Shown piece by piece: positions 61,132 to 64,000 of a stretch of 64,000 nt of DNA. Numbering within the stretch: the stretch's first letter is position 1; each line of letters opens with the position of its first letter. Origin of the DNA: an uncultured Acidimicrobiia bacterium. GTDB lineage: Bacteria; Actinomycetota; Acidimicrobiia; Spongiisociales; ZC4RG35. A program made the position numbers and the translations under genes. The notes beneath the pieces are model-generated. The model was not told the DNA's origin. It did not search any database and was given only the letters and a program-made list of their open reading frames with translations. Where the stretch lies: NCBI GenBank assembly GCA_963744905.1, contig CAVUUV010000003.1, positions 513,503-577,502 of the forward strand, written 5' to 3'.

Positions 61132-61536
61132 ATGAAACGCACCATGTTCGTCACTGCCATCACTGCTGCGATGTGTCTGACGCTTGCGGCCTGTACCGGC
61201 ACCACCCAGTCGAGCCTGACAAGCCTGAGCTCTGACACCGCCAACGCCATATCCGAAATCCAGTCCTCGGTGTCTCAGCTGTCGGATCAGATCGACGCCT
61301 CGGCCCTGTCCGCCGACCTGAAATCCACCTGGAACGATCAGAAGGCAGAAATCAGCCAGGCCATCGACGACATCATGGCGGGGCGATCAATCGACACGGC
61401 CCAGCTGCAACAGTCGATGCAGGACTTCCGCTCCGCAATCGAGTCGAGTGGCGCCGAACAGAACCTGAAGGACGTCTGGACGAAACTGCAAAACGACGTC
61501 GAGTCGGTCCTGAATCAGGTCCAGAGCACAGGCTGA
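61132..61536 (+). CDS. Hypothetical lipoprotein (helical, Ser/Gln-rich)
   Basis: Lipobox MKRTMFVTAITAAMCLTLAACTG, then low-complexity helical sequence. Lower GC than its surroundings. Confidence 0.45.
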   Translation: MKRTMFVTAITAAMCLTLAACTGTTQSSLTSLSSDTANAISEIQSSVSQLSDQIDASALSADLKSTWNDQKAEISQAIDDIMAGRSIDTAQLQQSMQDFRSAIESSGAEQNLKDVWTKLQNDVESVLNQVQSTG

Positions 61537-61645
61537 CGCCGGCCACTGGATTCCAACGGGACCTCCGGCCCTTCCCGGCCCGGCCGCTGAGTCGGATCCT
61601 GGAGTCTGACCCAGCCGGGTCGCGAATCCAGGAAAGGACCGTTAT

Positions 61646-62173
61646 ATGGGAGACATCGACAAAGAGCCCACAGGAGTTCTGGTGGCGGCTGCTTCCAAGC
61701 ACGGCTCGACTGCTGAGATCGCCGAACGAATCGGCCAAGTCCTCTCAGATCGAGGCCTGAACGTGACCGTCACCGCTCCTGAGGCCGTGGGAGCTCTGGA
61801 CGGCTTCCGAGCAGTAGTGCTGGGCAGCGGCGTATACGCAGGCCACTGGCTCAAAGAGGCAAAGGAACTGGCGAACAGGATCGCCCTGTTCGAACCGGCA
61901 CCGGAGGTATGGCTGTTCTCGAGCGGACCGCTGGGCGACCCGCCCAAGCCGGAAGAGGATCCGGTCGACGTGGCCGACATCGAGGAAGCCACGTCGGCAC
62001 GAGAGCACGCCGTCTTCGCCGGCAAGATCGACAAGTCGAAGCTGGGTTTCGGGGAGAGGGCGATAATGGTCGCCGTTCGGGCACCGGAAGGCGACTTCCG
62101 GGATTGGGACGAAATCGCCGTCTGGGCCGAGGGGATCGCCACTGCCCTGACCAGCCAGGCTCGTTCCGGCTGA
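61646..62173 (+). CDS. Flavodoxin-like fold protein
   Basis: GVLVAAASKHGSTAEIAERIG...VVLGSGVYAGHW... matches the flavodoxin FMN-binding pattern. Confidence 0.55.
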   Translation: MGDIDKEPTGVLVAAASKHGSTAEIAERIGQVLSDRGLNVTVTAPEAVGALDGFRAVVLGSGVYAGHWLKEAKELANRIALFEPAPEVWLFSSGPLGDPPKPEEDPVDVADIEEATSAREHAVFAGKIDKSKLGFGERAIMVAVRAPEGDFRDWDEIAVWAEGIATALTSQARSG

Positions 62174-62218
62174 TCCCGCTCCGACAGCGACGCCGACCCG
62201 CCCGGGTGAATCGGTAGG

Positions 62219-63295
62219 GTGGCCTCCAAGGCCACACGAGAGAAGAAGGTGCGGGCGGCGGTCCTGACAGGTCACGGAGGCCCAGATCGACTCGTTCTGC
62301 GTGACGATGTTGACGTGCCCGCACCGGGGCCAGGCGAGGTGCGGGTGTCGGTGACGGCGGCGGCGGTGAACAACACCGACATCTGGACCCGGGAAGGGGC
62401 GTACGGCAAGCCCGACGACCCCGACGCGGTGGCAGGCTGGAAGGGGGTGCCGCTCGATTTCCCCCGCATCCAGGGAGCCGACATCGTCGGGAGGGTGGAC
62501 CAAGTCGGGGAAGAAATCGACCCCGGATGGATAGGCCGTAGGGTGTTGATCGATCCGGCTACCTACGACACCGCGGCGCCCGATGCCACCCCCATCGAGA
62601 TTCTCGGCTCGGAATCGGACGGCGGGTTCGCCGAGTACGTGGTGACGTCGGCCGGGCAGGCCCATGACGTGTCTGCCAGCCCGCTCCCGGACCAACAGCT
62701 CGCCGCACTTCCCATCGCCTACGGGACCGCCATGGGAATGCTCGATCGAGCCGGGCTCGCATCGGGAGAGACGGTCGTGGTCACCGGCGCCTCGGGGGGA
62801 GTGGGGACCGCTCTGGTTCAGCTGTCGGCGGCGATGGGGGCCGGGGTCATAGCCGTCTCCACCTCCGACAAGGCGGAGGCCCTCCGCTCCATCGGGGCTC
62901 GATCTGTGGTCGATCGCCATGCCTCGAATCTCCCAGATCTGGTTCGAGCCGCAGCTGCCGATGGTGTCGATGTGGTCGCCGACGTGGTGGGTGGTGAGAT
63001 GTTCTCTCTCTGGCCGGGGCTGGTGGCGCTGCACGGGCGGATGGTGGTCGCCGGGGCCATCGCCGGCCCGTTGGTCAGACTGGACCTGCGTCAGCTGTAC
63101 CTGGGCCAGCGTCGCATCATCGGTTCGACGATGCACACCCCCGCCCAGTTTCAGAGGCTGGTGCAAATGGCCGTGTCCGGAGAGATCTCCCCACTCATCG
63201 CCGGGGTGTTTCCCCTCTCCCGGATCCATGAGGCCCAACAGGCGCTGCGCGATCCCGCCACGATCGGCAAGGTCATCATCCAGATCGGACACTAG
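62219..63295 (+). CDS. Zinc-binding alcohol dehydrogenase / NADPH:quinone oxidoreductase (MDR superfamily)
   Basis: GxGxxG-like TGASGGVGTALVQLSAAMGAGVIAV, with a GroES-like N-terminal domain. Confidence 0.75.
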   Translation: MASKATREKKVRAAVLTGHGGPDRLVLRDDVDVPAPGPGEVRVSVTAAAVNNTDIWTREGAYGKPDDPDAVAGWKGVPLDFPRIQGADIVGRVDQVGEEIDPGWIGRRVLIDPATYDTAAPDATPIEILGSESDGGFAEYVVTSAGQAHDVSASPLPDQQLAALPIAYGTAMGMLDRAGLASGETVVVTGASGGVGTALVQLSAAMGAGVIAVSTSDKAEALRSIGARSVVDRHASNLPDLVRAAAADGVDVVADVVGGEMFSLWPGLVALHGRMVVAGAIAGPLVRLDLRQLYLGQRRIIGSTMHTPAQFQRLVQMAVSGEISPLIAGVFPLSRIHEAQQALRDPATIGKVIIQIGH

Positions 63296-63373
63296 AGGCG
63301 CCGGTAGCGCCACACCGATACCGGCCTCGTCCCCGATCGGCTAACCGACCGAATCCGGTACCGTCGAAACGCA

Positions 63374-63952
63374 ATGACTTTCGACCCCGAGTCATTCGAG
63401 GCCGCCCTGGCCGCATACCACTTCGAAGAGGCCGAAGAACTCCTGAGCCATGCCCCCCCGGACCGGGTCGGCGGTCTTCGGTCGGAGCTGGAGAGCAGGC
63501 GCATCCAGGCGGAGGAGAGCGGCCGCAGCAGATATCAGCGAATTCTCGACCTGGGTGCCAGCGGCTCCTATGACGAGCTCCTGGAGCTTCACCGGGACCC
63601 CGTCACCCCGCGCCTGCTGGCAACCCTGAGCGACGCCGAGCGGCAGCGGGTCGACCTCCACCTCCGGGGAGCTCAACGGTGGGAGGAGTCAAAGCGCGAA
63701 ACCAACCGTCGGCGGATGGCCGAGGCCCGGAAGGCACTGGACGGGCTCGACCTCCAGCTGGCCCGGGGACTCATCGCCCGGGTGGACGGGCGCTATCTCG
63801 ACGAGGGGGATGCGGCAGACCGGGATGACCTGCTCTTGGAGCTGTCGGCTCGCTCGATGGAGTTGGAAGAGCTGAGCCGCCTCGACGAGCAGTTCAACAA
63901 TGATCGGGCAGGGAAACGGCAGCCGTGGTGGCGCAGGAAGAAGGAGCCCTGA
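63374..63952 (+). CDS. Hypothetical charged helical protein
   Basis: 192-aa Glu/Arg/Leu-rich ORF with a basic C-terminal tail. No family recognised. Confidence 0.35.
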   Translation: MTFDPESFEAALAAYHFEEAEELLSHAPPDRVGGLRSELESRRIQAEESGRSRYQRILDLGASGSYDELLELHRDPVTPRLLATLSDAERQRVDLHLRGAQRWEESKRETNRRRMAEARKALDGLDLQLARGLIARVDGRYLDEGDAADRDDLLLELSARSMELEELSRLDEQFNNDRAGKRQPWWRRKKEP

Positions 63953-64000
63953 TCCCCAGCGGGCCTTCTCAGACTCCGGCCGGCTCCGCAATGTCGGTGG

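Overview
High-GC (about 65-70%) densely coding chromosomal segment with a typical Actinomycetota gene set. Markers include an F420-type LLM oxidoreductase, UPF0182, a DivIVA-domain protein, sigE with a ZAS anti-sigma, WS/DGAT, diheme QcrC and DUF6510/DUF6328 families; class-level placement (Acidimicrobiia- or Thermoleophilia-like) is a guess. Most genes are on the minus strand and many are translationally coupled by ATGA or GTGA overlaps. No rRNA, CRISPR array, transposase or integrase was seen. Recognised content, in order: three RibD_C (DHFR-like) paralogs with an LLM oxidoreductase and a divergent MocR regulator; two DUF4386-like membrane paralogs flanking a 2TM protein and a WS/DGAT acyltransferase; an initiator tRNA-Met with a degenerate 3' copy 2.6 kb away that brackets a frameshifted DNA-alkylation-repair pseudogene, a cupin and a membrane protein; a DUF6510, ferredoxin-reductase and sulfite-oxidase-like trio; amt; UPF0182; a DivIVA-domain protein; a Lon-like PDZ protease; bioY; an acyl-CoA ligase plus Liv-type ABC transporter operon; moaE; htrA; a DUF2342 metalloprotease; a peroxiredoxin; sigE, a ZAS-type rseA and an RseB-like gene with two tandem tatA copies upstream; a ClC channel; nitrobindin; an ornithine-cyclodeaminase-family gene coupled to an NYN/OST-HTH gene next to a Cas4-like Fe-S PD-(D/E)XK nuclease; a GH15 hydrolase; a cluster of small stress-type proteins; and a complete ctaCDEFG-qcrCAB respiratory supercluster. 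The most unusual non-coding signal is a roughly 108-bp imperfect palindromic element built from four copies of TTCTTTGGAC around a conserved 23-nt core. It occurs twice, at 21620-21727 and 51174-51280, each time just 3' of a minus-strand gene or operon.
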